From: Escherichia phage vB_EcoM_IME537 | DNA length: 64,000 nucleotides | Strand: one strand, 5' to 3' | Sequence record: NC_054921.1 | Shown: positions 9,704-20,430 of the stretch, one piece after another | Position numbering within the stretch: position 1 is the stretch's first letter | Layout: every line of letters starts with the position of its first letter | Program-made: the position numbers and the translations under genes | The notes under the pieces: model-generated | Database searches by the model: none | Seen by the model: only the letters and a program-made list of their open reading frames with translations | What the model was told of the DNA's origin: nothing

Positions 9704-9720
9704 AAGGGCCGAAGCCCCTT
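9704..9720 (-). other. UUCG-tetraloop RNA hairpin (GGGC-UUCG-GCCC) in 43 leader
   Basis: Plus strand gggccgaagcccc; this tetraloop hairpin class is well known in T4 intercistronic regions. Confidence 0.45.
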
Positions 9721-9722
9721 GC

Positions 9723-10091
9723 TTAATTACCAATCGTATATTTGGGAACGAGTTTCCATTCATGTTTTTGCTTAAAAGAAATAACTCGGAAGTTATTAGT
9801 TAAATCTTTCATAAAAGTTCTTTGACCTGGAGCGATTTCAATCAGTCCCCAATCTTCTAACAGCCATGCAATCGAATCACGACGAACTTCATCTTCTTCT
9901 GTCATTTCAACCTGGCGACCATCCATACGAAGCATTTCTTTAAAATGAACGATATAGTATAGTCCTTTTTTCTGGAGAATATGACAGGATTGATACAGAA
10001 CTTTATCTTTATTATTAGCAATTCCCATACGAGTCAAAGTTTCTTTAACTTTCAGAAAATCTTCAGGTTTTTTAAGAGTAATTTCAATCAT
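9723..10091 (-). CDS. regA: RegA translational repressor
   Basis: 122 aa, essentially identical to T4 RegA from memory. Confidence 0.9.
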   Translation of the reverse strand: MIEITLKKPEDFLKVKETLTRMGIANNKDKVLYQSCHILQKKGLYYIVHFKEMLRMDGRQVEMTEEDEVRRDSIAWLLEDWGLIEIAPGQRTFMKDLTNNFRVISFKQKHEWKLVPKYTIGN

Positions 10092-10092
10092 T

Positions 10093-10656
10093 TTACCATT
10101 CCAATGCTAGTTTTTTGAGTTGTTTCTGTTCTTTTACATTCTTAGTCACTTCTTTCAAAAAATCATCCGTGACTAAACCTTTTAGTTCTTTTAATACTAA
10201 AGAAAGTTTTCCATTTTTAGTAAGAATTGATTTATAGTTAATTGCATCATTTGTATTAACTTGATACCGCTTAGCAAGTAACTTAATAATCAATACTTCG
10301 GTAGAATCTTCAACCAGTTTTGCCCATTTACCATATCTTTTACCACGAGGAACAGCAGCCATTAGATAATTAAAATGGGCTTCATCGCTTAAACCTGATC
10401 CAATTAAATTCATAGCATATACAGCTGGCATGCACTCAGGAAATTGTGATAATGCATTCTCAACCATGTATTTTGAATAATCTTTTTGAGCAATAGAGCA
10501 TTTAGTTTTATTATTAATAGCTCCAATTATTTCAAAAAACTCATTTTCAGCTTTTTCCTTAAAAGAATCAGCAGCAGATTGGACAGCTGTCCAATCTTTT
10601 GAATACCAAGCAACTTGATGCTCGTTTAATTGAATATCATCTTCAAATAAGCTCAT
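10093..10656 (-). CDS. 62: clamp loader small subunit gp62
   Basis: 187 aa, position between regA and 44. Confidence 0.85.
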   Translation of the reverse strand: MSLFEDDIQLNEHQVAWYSKDWTAVQSAADSFKEKAENEFFEIIGAINNKTKCSIAQKDYSKYMVENALSQFPECMPAVYAMNLIGSGLSDEAHFNYLMAAVPRGKRYGKWAKLVEDSTEVLIIKLLAKRYQVNTNDAINYKSILTKNGKLSLVLKELKGLVTDDFLKEVTKNVKEQKQLKKLALEW

Positions 10657-10657
10657 A

Positions 10658-11632
10658 TCACTTCCACTGCATTTCGCATGCCAATTGAATGAAAAGATAT
10701 GCTAAATGTAATTCCGTATTAGCCGCAATTCCATGATACTGGTTATTTTCACCAACAATTTCATACATACGAATAATACTTTGCGGAGTTACGCGTGTAT
10801 AAATTTCTTCGGCAAGTTTACCTACGAACCACGAATAATCAGCTGCATATTTTGGTGCTAAAGCTCTGAGCTGTTTAACATCTTTATTTTTGAGAGATTC
10901 AAGAACATCATCAATAGCACCACGATCGTTAGTAACCAGTGATAAAATACCAGCATCCAAAACACCTTTAGATGAATAACTATCGAGCTCGCCAATAGTT
11001 TTACGAAAATCAGGAAAATTCTTTTTAACCAAAGCTGCTACAACTTTCATATCAGCTATAGCAATTCCTTCACGCTTACAGATTTCAGTCAATCGCCGAA
11101 TCATCTGCTTCATCATTTCAATTTTATCTTCATCGGTCGGTTGACCGAACGTAATAACTCGACAGCGTGACTGAAGTGGTTTAATAATACCATCAATATT
11201 GTTAGCAGTAATAATAATACTACAGTTTGAACTATAAGCTTCCATAAAGGAACGAAGATGTCGCTGAGACTCTGCTAATCCTGAACGGTCAAATTCATCA
11301 ATGACGATTACTTTTTGACGGCCATCAAATGAAGCTGCACTAGCAAAATTGGTCAAAGGACCGCGAACGAAATCAATTTTACAATCTGACCCATTCACAA
11401 ACATCATATCAGCATTTACGTCATGACACAATGCTTTTGCTACGGTTGTTTTACCTGTTCCTGGAGAAGGAGAATGAAGAATAATATGTGGAATCTTACC
11501 TTTACTTGTAATAGATTTAAAGGTTTCTTTATCAAAGGCGGGAAGAATACATTCATCGATAGTAGATGGACGATATTTCTGTTCAAGAATGTGTTCTTTT
11601 TCATTTACAGTAATCATAATTTCCTCATTCAA
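10658..11632 (-). CDS. 44: clamp loader ATPase gp44 (AAA+)
   Basis: 324 aa; Walker [11 protein letters not shown], Walker B VIVIDEFD. Confidence 0.92.
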   Translation of the reverse strand: MNEEIMITVNEKEHILEQKYRPSTIDECILPAFDKETFKSITSKGKIPHIILHSPSPGTGKTTVAKALCHDVNADMMFVNGSDCKIDFVRGPLTNFASAASFDGRQKVIVIDEFDRSGLAESQRHLRSFMEAYSSNCSIIITANNIDGIIKPLQSRCRVITFGQPTDEDKIEMMKQMIRRLTEICKREGIAIADMKVVAALVKKNFPDFRKTIGELDSYSSKGVLDAGILSLVTNDRGAIDDVLESLKNKDVKQLRALAPKYAADYSWFVGKLAEEIYTRVTPQSIIRMYEIVGENNQYHGIAANTELHLAYLFIQLACEMQWK

Positions 11633-11649
11633 GTTTTAGTGTAAATTAT

Positions 11650-11667
11650 AAAGGGCCGAAGCCCTTT
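11650..11667 (-). other. UUCG-tetraloop RNA hairpin between 45 and 44
   Basis: aaagggccgaagcccttt. Confidence 0.45.
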
Positions 11668-11668
11668 A

Positions 11669-12355
11669 TTAAAAGTCGTGGGTAGAATCAGCTTCAAGAG
11701 CTACTACATAATTCGCGTGTTCACCTTCAAATTTAGCAGCACCTTGTTTACCTTTTGCCCAGAGCAGAAGTTTATAATTTCCTGGTTGCATTTTCATATT
11801 TGCCATATTGATAATGAAATTAAATGTATTTTCACCATCATAATCACCAAGAGTCAAAGAATATTTAACACGAGTCAAAGCAGAATCTTCTACTTTATTA
11901 AAACCGTTAATTACGATTTTACCTTCTTTTACTGTGATAGCAATTGTATCAATCTGCAGACCACGAGATACACGCAATAGCTGTTGAAGGTCTTCAGCTT
12001 TAATTTCAGTAACAACAGATGCTACCGGGAATGGAATTGGTTTATTAGGAGCAACTACTGTACTCGGATCGGCTGCTGGCCAAAAAATTGTTGAACGGGC
12101 ATCAGCAATTTTAATATTACCATCTTCTGACTGGGAAATTTCTGCATCATCATTAACTAGAGACAGAATACCGAGAAAACCGTTCAAATCGTAAATTGCT
12201 ACATCAAAATCAATAGTGTCAGAAATATTTGCTTCCGCATAAGTTGTACCATTAACCGCGCGAGTCATAATAAATTGACCGGATTTAAGCATAATACCAG
12301 AGTTAATAGTAGCGAAATTTTTAAGCAGAGCAGTAGTATCTTTAGACAGTTTCAT
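11669..12355 (-). CDS. 45: sliding clamp gp45
   Basis: 228 aa, near-identical to T4 gp45 from memory. Confidence 0.95.
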   Translation of the reverse strand: MKLSKDTTALLKNFATINSGIMLKSGQFIMTRAVNGTTYAEANISDTIDFDVAIYDLNGFLGILSLVNDDAEISQSEDGNIKIADARSTIFWPAADPSTVVAPNKPIPFPVASVVTEIKAEDLQQLLRVSRGLQIDTIAITVKEGKIVINGFNKVEDSALTRVKYSLTLGDYDGENTFNFIINMANMKMQPGNYKLLLWAKGKQGAAKFEGEHANYVVALEADSTHDF

Positions 12356-12410
12356 GTAATTTCCTTCAATTCAAATGAGATTTAATTTTATAACTAATTT
12401 AATAAAGCAA

Positions 12411-12800
12411 TTAACGATTAAAATCAGCAGCAATTGTTTCCGCAACAATTTGAGCAGCAACAATTAGACGTTCATCTGCATTACCGCAATAATTATCTTC
12501 AAGGCGTTCACCGCATGAAGTCATAATAAATTTAGCACCAGCATTTAGAGATTCTGCCGTATGTTTGCGCATCAGTTCAATCCATTTATCACTCACTTCA
12601 CGATCGATAGCTTCATAATATGCATGACGAGCAGGTGCAGATTTAATTTTGTTCTGAATAACTTCCATTGCGTTATCAGAAAGAGACAAAACCCATGCTC
12701 GACGAATTTTATTTTGGTTTTGTGGATTTGATTCAGAACGCACGTGTTTTGGCTGAATATCTTTTACATCAACAGTATAATTCACAGTAATTTTAGTCAT
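12411..12800 (-). CDS. rpbA: RNA polymerase-binding protein RpbA
   Basis: 129 aa, position between 46 and 45 as in T4. Confidence 0.7.
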   Translation of the reverse strand: MTKITVNYTVDVKDIQPKHVRSESNPQNQNKIRRAWVLSLSDNAMEVIQNKIKSAPARHAYYEAIDREVSDKWIELMRKHTAESLNAGAKFIMTSCGERLEDNYCGNADERLIVAAQIVAETIAADFNR

Positions 12801-12809
12801 AATACACCT

Positions 12810-12998
12810 TTAGTCATAATAATCAGTAACAGTCCAAGCATCATTTCTGTTGGACATTATTTTCGTATATTCTGATTTAAATGCATTCTTAAGCATAGAT
12901 TCAGTAACTATATGCTCTTCATTAGAAAAATTATTTCTCAGAATATATCGTTTTATTTCAGGAATAGTTAATAGATGCTGTCCAGTTGAATATTCCAT
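12810..12998 (-). CDS. hypothetical small protein (45.2-position)
   Basis: 62 aa ORF. Confidence 0.4.
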   Translation of the reverse strand: MEYSTGQHLLTIPEIKRYILRNNFSNEEHIVTESMLKNAFKSEYTKIMSNRNDAWTVTDYYD

Positions 12999-13053
12999 GT
13001 TTTTCCTCCATAGAGATTATACTCTAATAAATTAAAGCATAATCTCTTATAAA

Positions 13054-14736
13054 TTAAACCATTACAGTAAACCGACCAACTTTCTTCATTTGAAGATGCT
13101 GACCATATGCTTGTGGGTCATGGTCTCTATGTGAAATAACAAAAACATTAGTATTTTTTAAACTATCTAAAATAGTTGAAATAGCTTTTACACCTTCAAC
13201 ATCGGTTGCTGAATCAAAAACTTCATCGAGAATTAGTGTGTTTATTTTAACACCTGAAACTTTTTCAGCAATATCACGCCAAGTAAATAAAAGAGCAATA
13301 TCAATTCGTGCTTTTTCACCTTGACTAAATGAAGCATAACTAAAATCTTCACGACCACGGGATTTAATTGTCTCATTAAATTCTTCATCTAATGTAAACA
13401 CATAATCCGCTTCCATTATTTTAAGATAATGGTTAATCTGCTTATTAAATAATGGAATGTACTTTTTAATAATAGCACCTTTAATACCAGAATCTTTGAG
13501 CATGTCAGTCAAAATTCCTCTGTGGTATTTTTCCATTACTAAATTAGTTTTTGTCTTAACAATTTTATCAAGTTCTTCTTGAAGCAGTGCTATTTCATCA
13601 GCATGGTCAATAAACTCAGATGATGCTTTTTCTATAGCCGCTTTAACTTTTTTAGCTTTATCTACCGTCGTGATTAAGGATTGCTTTTTATTGCGAATAT
13701 CATTTGCCAACGTCTGCTGGGTTTTAATATTATCTCGGTATTCATCAACAAGAACTTTTAAATTATCACGATGTGTTGAAAGCTGTTCAAACGAATGCGT
13801 GCATTCAGAAACTTTATCTTTAATTTTAGAAACAACTTTATCACCGGAACTTAATTGTGACAAACAGGTTGGACATAATCCACCTTCGTGATACATATTA
13901 ATGACTTTATTATATGAGTCAATTTTTGATTTAATTAAAAATGCTTCTTGACCGATTTTATTAAATGCATCAGTCGGGTCTTCATCTAAAACAATATTAA
14001 CTAATCTTTCATTAGCTTCTTCTATTTCCGATTTTAGCGTTCTAGCTTCTTTTGCCAAATCATCGTACATATTCTGCAGACGAGTAAGGTTGTCACCAGA
14101 CAATTTTTTCTGGCGTTCAACATTATCATTATATATTTTAATTTGCTGGATAATACTATCTTTTTTAACATCAAGCACTTGGTTTTGTGAATTTAATTCA
14201 CGTATTAGTGCTTTATTAAGCTTATCCATTTCAGCTAATGTTCCTACCTCGAGCAGGTCTTCGACGAGTTTTCTTCTTGCAGGAGTGGATAGGCCCATAA
14301 AAGGGGTATATCCAGCCGTGCCGAGTACGACGATCTGTTTGAAACTGGCGTATGACATTCCGATAAGCTGTTCAAATTCTGCTTGGAAATCTTTACTGCT
14401 GGCAGATTCATTAAGACGTGTACCGTTAACGGTGATTTCGAAAACATTTGGTTTTTGTCCTCTTTTGATATAGTACTTTTTCTCATCATATTCCATCCAC
14501 AGCTCAACTAAAAGCTCTTTCTTATTTGTGCTGTTTATTAATTGGCCTTTCTTTACATCACGAAATGGCTTGCCAAAAAGCCCAAATGTGATGGCTTCTA
14601 ACATAGTAGACTTACCACCGCCATTTCGTCCAGTAATAAGAGTTTTTTGAACCTTATCTAATTGAATGTCAATAGGATTTCCACCTACTGACATTATATT
14701 TTGATACCTAACTCGGTTTAGTTTAAAATTCTTCAC
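13054..14736 (-). CDS. 46: recombination nuclease subunit gp46 (Rad50/SbcC-like ATPase)
   Basis: 560 aa; Walker A GRNGGGKST near N-terminus, coiled-coil middle with CPTC zinc hook, C-terminal LILDEVFD. Confidence 0.9.
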   Translation of the reverse strand: MKNFKLNRVRYQNIMSVGGNPIDIQLDKVQKTLITGRNGGGKSTMLEAITFGLFGKPFRDVKKGQLINSTNKKELLVELWMEYDEKKYYIKRGQKPNVFEITVNGTRLNESASSKDFQAEFEQLIGMSYASFKQIVVLGTAGYTPFMGLSTPARRKLVEDLLEVGTLAEMDKLNKALIRELNSQNQVLDVKKDSIIQQIKIYNDNVERQKKLSGDNLTRLQNMYDDLAKEARTLKSEIEEANERLVNIVLDEDPTDAFNKIGQEAFLIKSKIDSYNKVINMYHEGGLCPTCLSQLSSGDKVVSKIKDKVSECTHSFEQLSTHRDNLKVLVDEYRDNIKTQQTLANDIRNKKQSLITTVDKAKKVKAAIEKASSEFIDHADEIALLQEELDKIVKTKTNLVMEKYHRGILTDMLKDSGIKGAIIKKYIPLFNKQINHYLKIMEADYVFTLDEEFNETIKSRGREDFSYASFSQGEKARIDIALLFTWRDIAEKVSGVKINTLILDEVFDSATDVEGVKAISTILDSLKNTNVFVISHRDHDPQAYGQHLQMKKVGRFTVMV

Positions 14737-14946
14737 AAAAGATTCCTTTTAATGTATCTTTTAGACCATTCTATCATATCATCATAATCTAAAAAGTATT
14801 CATCAAATTCAGCCATGCAAACAACACCTTGTGCTGCTTTTGATGTGATATAAATTATTCCAACATATCTAGAATCTTCTTCGGTGTAATCAATATTTGC
14901 TATGAATTCATCGTTAATGTCAAATGTCGAAAACTTCACAGTATGC
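14733..14946 (-). CDS. hypothetical small acidic protein
   Basis: ORF track 14733..14996; internal Met (MHTVKF...) chosen to reduce overlap with the neighbouring ORF. Confidence 0.3.
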
Positions 14947-15183
14947 ATCCTTAATACAAGATACAGCCATATCTTGTAATGATTTAGGTGTGTCATTATC
15001 TAAAATGTTGAAGTTAAAAGATACAGCCCAGTCAGTGCAGACCGTAACCTTTTTAATACAATTATCTTCAACTTCTAGCGGTTCAAACCAATATTCAATA
15101 ATTTCTTTATGCCCAATATCATCTTTTACTTCGCATTCAAAATGCTGACTCATCATAACATTTTTAAATTCATCAAAAGTCAT
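14920..15183 (-). CDS. hypothetical protein
   Basis: 87 aa ORF between 47 and 46. Confidence 0.4.
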   Translation of the reverse strand: MTFDEFKNVMMSQHFECEVKDDIGHKEIIEYWFEPLEVEDNCIKKVTVCTDWAVSFNFNILDNDTPKSLQDMAVSCIKDAYCEVFDI

Positions 15184-16199
15184 TGTGTTGCCTCTACATA
15201 TAACTGATTTGCATATTGAATAAGTGCTTCGCGATCAGAATCAGTGATGTCTGGAATTGCATTAATGTATTCTTCCATCAATGTCTGAAGAGATTGAACT
15301 TCAACTTCTTCATTATCATCTGACTCAACAGAGTTATCAATCTTTGACACAACTCGTAATGAATGCACAACTTTTTCTAGTTCAGATTCGAACTTCGTCA
15401 GATTTTTGTCTACCTCAGTTACTATAACACGTACTGACAGATTTGTAAAATCTTTGTAGTCAATTTTTCCCTTAAATGGGTATTGAATTCGACGATGCCA
15501 AGTAGTGTTGTTTGGAATAAATTCCATTCGTTCTGTTTCTGTATCAAACATCCAGAACCCGCGAGGGTCATTCTCGTCACCTGCAGTTAGTGTCCATGGT
15601 GTCCCAATATATCTGACGTTAGCAGCCTCAGAGATAGTATGGAAGTGACCAGACCACACTTCTTTATAAGTCTTAAGGAAATCAGGTTCAAGACCGTGAG
15701 ATTTCATTCCTTTATAAAAATAAAATCCATTCAGTTCCCAGTGACCAACACAAAAAGAAGCAGATGAAGTTTTGATGTGTTCAAGAATTTCACCAGTATT
15801 TTCTTCACACATCCAAGGAATTAAATCAATCAAACATCCGTCAAAATCTACTGTAGTAGGCTTATCATATACTTTAACATTAGGATATTTAGCCAAAAGC
15901 TCAGTAGAAGCATTTGGAGTTAAAGTATTTTTAAAGTGCATATCATGGTTTCCTACAACAGTATGTAGGGTAATACCAGCATCATCAAGCATTTGAACTA
16001 TTTCACGGGCAAACTCCATAGTTTTATGTGTGATTGCTTTTCGCACATCAAAAATATCACCATATTGAATCCATGTAGTAATTCCATTTTTCTTAGAATA
16101 TTCTATCGCCTGCTTAATTCCATCCAACTGGATTGATTGAACCCACTCATCATCGGCTTTAACGCCTAAATGCCAATCACCTAAATTTAAAATTTTCAT
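15180..16199 (-). CDS. 47: recombination nuclease subunit gp47 (Mre11/SbcD-like phosphoesterase)
   Basis: 339 aa; metallophosphatase motifs (GDWHLG, GDIFD, GNHD). Confidence 0.9.
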   Translation of the reverse strand: MKILNLGDWHLGVKADDEWVQSIQLDGIKQAIEYSKKNGITTWIQYGDIFDVRKAITHKTMEFAREIVQMLDDAGITLHTVVGNHDMHFKNTLTPNASTELLAKYPNVKVYDKPTTVDFDGCLIDLIPWMCEENTGEILEHIKTSSASFCVGHWELNGFYFYKGMKSHGLEPDFLKTYKEVWSGHFHTISEAANVRYIGTPWTLTAGDENDPRGFWMFDTETERMEFIPNNTTWHRRIQYPFKGKIDYKDFTNLSVRVIVTEVDKNLTKFESELEKVVHSLRVVSKIDNSVESDDNEEVEVQSLQTLMEEYINAIPDITDSDREALIQYANQLYVEATQ

Positions 16200-16359
16200 A
16201 TATCAAGAACCGTCATTGAAATGCAAAATAAAATTATTGAAATAAATCCATCTGGAGTGCTAAAGAACCCAATCCAACATGCTCTAGCAAATAGATAAAA
16301 TGCAAGAAAAAGTATCACATATCCAAGAAATATCATTATATCAAACTCCGTATAAAGCT

Positions 16360-16377
16360 AAAGGGCCGAAGCCCTTT
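16360..16377 (-). other. UUCG-tetraloop RNA hairpin immediately after alpha-gt stop
   Basis: aaagggccgaagcccttt. Confidence 0.45.
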
Positions 16378-17578
16378 ATTTTGTAATAATGTCAAACTGT
16401 TCTTTAAAGCAGAAGCTTGAATCTTGGTGCTGATACAAAAATTCATAAGCTTTTTCACGTTCACGGTCATAAAGAGCTCGGTCAGATGACAGTTCTTTAA
16501 TACGTTCAAATGTTGATTCCATGTCATTTTCATCAAACCAAACGATACCGCTATCGTGCGAAATTAATGGAGTATTATCAACACGGAATTTTAAATTTTC
16601 GCCAGTAGATTTCCAAAATACTGGAATTGTTCCACATGCACCAAGCTCGAGATGAGTATATTCTAAAGAACGCTGTAGATATTTTTTATCTAATTTACTC
16701 AGCTGATAACCAAATCCGGATTTACTCATGCGTTCAAGCATTTCGCTATTTACATAACGGTCGAGAATTTGCGTCGGCAAATTAGGAGCAATTTTAATTT
16801 GGTCTACTTGATGAAGACGATAATACTCGTATGGAATTCCTTTTTCTTTAATAGGAATGAACGCTGGAGAACGTTCCAGACCTTCCATAATAGTACTTAG
16901 TCCTGCAGGTTTAAGATGTTTTTCGTGAAAATCAAACATCTGATAAAAGCCTTTCCATGTAGTAGTACGACCAATCCAACGATTGATATTCATGTTAATT
17001 TCAGAAACATCTTTCCAGTAGGTTGATCGAACCTTCGCAATATCCATGGGAGGCTGAAAGTTATATACGGTCGGTGCTTCTTCAATATCATCAAATAGAG
17101 AAACAGTTTCCGGATACCATTCTTTCATCAGAACTTTATTAAAATCACCATTATCAGAATGGCTAAAAATAACATCAGCCCGACGAACAGTTTCTTCTAA
17201 TCCCAAATTTCGACGCAAAGAAAGAGAAGAATGGTCATGCTGATAAACTACAACACGAACCGAAGGTTTAATGTTATCAATAATTTTTTTATAGTTATTA
17301 ATGGTGTCTTCTTCAACTGAAGTAGCAGGAACTGAATTGATAACTAGAATATCACAATCATTTACCAGCTTAAGCGTTTTATCGTATTCTTTTGCCAATA
17401 AAACCGGAATTGAAAATGATTTATAATCATGCGCGCAATTACGAGTAAATGATTTATCTTTAGCATAAACCAAAGTTACTTCATGACCATTTTTAATAAA
17501 CCAATCACGCTGCTCAAGAGAAAATTTAGTTACACCGCAACCTTCAAGACCTCGAGCCATAAAAATGCATACTTTCAT
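16376..17578 (-). CDS. agt: alpha-glucosyltransferase (HMC-DNA glucosylation)
   Basis: 400 aa, near-identical to T4 alpha-gt from memory. Confidence 0.88.
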   Translation of the reverse strand: MKVCIFMARGLEGCGVTKFSLEQRDWFIKNGHEVTLVYAKDKSFTRNCAHDYKSFSIPVLLAKEYDKTLKLVNDCDILVINSVPATSVEEDTINNYKKIIDNIKPSVRVVVYQHDHSSLSLRRNLGLEETVRRADVIFSHSDNGDFNKVLMKEWYPETVSLFDDIEEAPTVYNFQPPMDIAKVRSTYWKDVSEINMNINRWIGRTTTWKGFYQMFDFHEKHLKPAGLSTIMEGLERSPAFIPIKEKGIPYEYYRLHQVDQIKIAPNLPTQILDRYVNSEMLERMSKSGFGYQLSKLDKKYLQRSLEYTHLELGACGTIPVFWKSTGENLKFRVDNTPLISHDSGIVWFDENDMESTFERIKELSSDRALYDREREKAYEFLYQHQDSSFCFKEQFDIITK

Positions 17579-17618
17579 TTAATATCCTCATTGTTTTGGT
17601 TTATTTTACCAAAAATTT

Positions 17619-17636
17619 ATAAAGCAATATAGGAGC
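17619..17636 (-). other. RNA hairpin upstream of alpha-gt
   Basis: taggagccgaggctccta inverted repeat. Confidence 0.35.
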
Positions 17637-17821
17637 CGAGGCTCCTATCCGCATAATACGCCATACAGAGGCTCATTAGAGCTTCTAAATTTTATGCGCT
17701 TATATGTTATAGTTCCTTCTGCTTTAGCTTTATCGTGAGCCTCTTTAAAGCGTCTCATCATTTCTACTTTAGAGGAACGAATTTTATTATAATCTATTTC
17801 AGAAGTCTGGGTGTTCATCTT

Positions 17822-18028
17822 TCACAGTTGCCACCATTTTTTGACTTGATAAGAATCAACCCACACTTTCATATTAGGGTCTGCTCTTACAATAGGAGGA
17901 TTAACTTCTTTAATTGAACTATCATGGTATTCTTTTTCAGAAATTTTCACACAAAGATGACCGTTCAAAGATTCAGTAAATCCTGCATTAATTTTAAGAC
18001 GCTTGAATTTTACGTGTGTAAGCATCAA
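17822..18028 (-). CDS. hypothetical small protein
   Basis: 68 aa ORF. Confidence 0.35.
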   Translation of the reverse strand: MMLTHVKFKRLKINAGFTESLNGHLCVKISEKEYHDSSIKEVNPPIVRADPNMKVWVDSYQVKKWWQL

Positions 18029-18311
18029 TCATATCCTCAATCTGCGATCTAGTAGTCTTCCAAAGAATACTAATGAGTTCATCATTATATGGCTGTTTTA
18101 GAATATCCCGACTTTTCTTGATAGCATATTCGTATTGAGCAAAATTATTATTTTCAGCTGCAATTTGAGCGTGTTTATAAAGACGGTTCAGTTCGCGTTT
18201 ATTTTTAGACAATAACTTATTTGCTTTTCTTTCTGCTTCAAGACGGTTCTTTTCTTCAATAGAAGAAATAAGCTTTTCCACTTCATCATTAATTTCGGGT
18301 TTATCAGTCAT
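17994..18311 (-). CDS. hypothetical protein, predicted helical/coiled-coil
   Basis: 105 aa ORF. Confidence 0.4.
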   Translation of the reverse strand: MTDKPEINDEVEKLISSIEEKNRLEAERKANKLLSKNKRELNRLYKHAQIAAENNNFAQYEYAIKKSRDILKQPYNDELISILWKTTRSQIEDMIDAYTRKIQAS

Positions 18312-18312
18312 A

Positions 18313-18531
18313 TTATTTCTCTAATATAAAATAAAAATCATCATCTGTTAAATGATACCGATAGTTTAATTCTACACCATTAGATTTAAAAGCGGTATCA
18401 TACGGATTTTCTGGATCAATATCAATGTCAAGAGCTAAAACTTCCCTGAGATACATTTTAAGTAAATAGGGAATAGCTTCAACTTCAGGTATTTCTTCCA
18501 AGAATCCGGAGAGGTTAATCGTTAGCCTCAT
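18313..18531 (-). CDS. hypothetical small acidic protein
   Basis: 72 aa ORF. Confidence 0.4.
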
Positions 18532-19072
18532 ATAAAAAATCCAAACTAGGAGAATCGTCTACAACACTTTTCTTTTCAGCCCCTGGTGTTCTATAGGTTG
18601 ATTCTTCGTAATGCGTCATTTTATCGTAGATGTCTTGAATAAAAGTTTCATCTACTAACGCAACCATATCGTCGTCACGACTGTCATAGACATTGTGAAC
18701 GAAGTAACTGTATTTCTTTGCAACTTCCTTACGTTCTTTTTTAATACGTTGGACGAATGCATTAAAACAAGCTTGAGTTATATATGCATGTGGGTTTTTA
18801 TATTTCGTTTCATCAAAATTATGAAGTCCTTTAATAGAAGCTTCTATACCATCTGCAATCATTTCTTGTTTCCAAGACTGGGTGTATCCTGAAAAGTTGA
18901 AACGTTTAGATAAGCCTTCTGCAATAAGCATAATGGCTAATCCGATAGTATCATTCTGACGAACTACTTTATTTGGGTCTTTATTATTTGCTAATTCTGT
19001 TTTCCAATCAATAATAGCTTGTAAAAGCTCTTTATTGTTTACGTAATTATATTTAGGCTTAGTTTCTGACAT
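18515..19072 (-). CDS. 55: late-transcription sigma factor gp55
   Basis: Start at [13 protein letters not shown] (second Met of the track ORF); near-identical to T4 gp55 from memory. Confidence 0.9.
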
Positions 19073-19150
19073 TTTCACCTCTTAGCTCAATTCATAGATC
19101 TATTATATCATAATATTTGAAGATCTATCTTAAAGCATAGAGGATATCAG

Positions 19151-19420
19151 TTATCTAAGTAAACAGTATGCTTGGAACACTTTCTCCATCATCTTTTTAA
19201 ATTCATGAATATCTATGTAATGACTAGTTAAATCAGCATGATATAAAAAGTCTAAAAACTTTTCATGTGTGCTAACATATTCGCTTTCATTTAATTCAGA
19301 AACATGGCTTTCCCAATATCCAACACCAGTCTTATTTGGGAAAAATGAAATTTTCATATATTGGTCAACATAGAAAATTCCATAATTTTCAATAGTAATA
19401 GAAATATTAATAAATTTCAT
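19151..19420 (-). CDS. hypothetical protein
   Basis: 89 aa ORF. Confidence 0.4.
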   Translation of the reverse strand: MKFINISITIENYGIFYVDQYMKISFFPNKTGVGYWESHVSELNESEYVSTHEKFLDFLYHADLTSHYIDIHEFKKMMEKVFQAYCLLR

Positions 19421-19632
19421 ACATTCATCAACTTAGCCGCTTCAAGAGCTGCATCTAGTGAATCAAATTGGTCAACATATTCAATCAGTTTACCGTAATT
19501 GGCATATAACCACCATTGGCTAAATTCATACTCAAGGATGAATCCGTTTCCTTCAATTTGAGTTAAACCAATGCCGTTTGTATTTACTTCATATCCGGCA
19601 AGACGTAAATCGTTAATAAGAGCTTCGTTCAT
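19417..19632 (-). CDS. hypothetical protein
   Basis: 71 aa ORF. Confidence 0.4.
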   Translation of the reverse strand: MNEALINDLRLAGYEVNTNGIGLTQIEGNGFILEYEFSQWWLYANYGKLIEYVDQFDSLDAALEAAKLMNV

Positions 19633-19634
19633 AA

Positions 19635-19961
19635 TTATGCCTTAGTAATTTTCAGGTCAGCAAATTTTTTCTTGCGTTGATTTTTCATACGACGAATAGT
19701 TTTATCAGAAATTTCATGCTTTTGATAAGCTTTAGATTCTACACCAAAAGCTTTAACATCAAATTCTGACAAGATATATTGAACCATCAATTCACGGACA
19801 GTATTTCGTCCAATCTTCTGATCATTCTGTTTCATCGTCTGATGAAGCTCTTTTTCCCATTTATCCAAAATTTGAGGAGTTACAATATCGCCTTTTTCTA
19901 GCAGAGAAACTACTTTATCATATGCATAAGAATTGATAGCGTTTTTAATTTGAATAGTCAT
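19635..19961 (-). CDS. hypothetical protein
   Basis: 108 aa ORF, basic C-terminus. Confidence 0.4.
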   Translation of the reverse strand: MTIQIKNAINSYAYDKVVSLLEKGDIVTPQILDKWEKELHQTMKQNDQKIGRNTVRELMVQYILSEFDVKAFGVESKAYQKHEISDKTIRRMKNQRKKKFADLKITKA

Positions 19962-19999
19962 ACATTATCCTCAATTGCATTAAAATTTTATTATCCAAA

Positions 20000-20015
20000 A
20001 AGGGCCGAAGCCCTT
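20000..20015 (-). other. UUCG-tetraloop RNA hairpin
   Basis: aagggccgaagccctt. Confidence 0.45.
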
Positions 20016-20214
20016 ATTTAAATTGTTTGGCACCCTTCCAGCCTTCGTACATCATTGCGGCTGATATTAATATTGCCCCTGAACAGCTTGAATATTTGTG
20101 ATTCCAAAACCAGTTCAGAAAAACTTCGTCATCAATACCTTGGGCTATCATATTTTCAAAGAACTGACGACGAGCTTCGGCAATTCGTTGTGATAATTTA
20201 GATTCAGGATTCAT
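20014..20214 (-). CDS. hypothetical small protein
   Basis: 66 aa ORF. Confidence 0.35.
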   Translation of the reverse strand: MNPESKLSQRIAEARRQFFENMIAQGIDDEVFLNWFWNHKYSSCSGAILISAAMMYEGWKGAKQFK

Positions 20215-20430
20215 TTAAATTTTCCAGTTACCATTTTCATCAATGAATTTAATCCAGTCATTTACTGACCACTTGGTCGTATCGCCTTTTGGAGCAACAT
20301 TTAAAGTGTATAATCCTTGTTTAAAAAGCATTCGTTTGATATTCATATTTTCCTCAGCTATAACGATAACACTCGTTTGATTTGCGCTTAGCAACTCGTT
20401 GAGAAGTATTGTAATCAAAATCGTCATCAA
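20215..20430 (-). CDS. hypothetical small protein
   Basis: 71 aa ORF. Confidence 0.35.
   Translation of the reverse strand: MMTILITILLNELLSANQTSVIVIAEENMNIKRMLFKQGLYTLNVAPKGDTTKWSVNDWIKFIDENGNWKI

Noticed and set aside
9716-9745. Possible MotA-box (TTGCTTAA) middle promoter near the regA/43 junction
   Set aside because: The motif is on the plus strand, opposite to the minus-strand genes, and has no convincing -10 at the right spacing.
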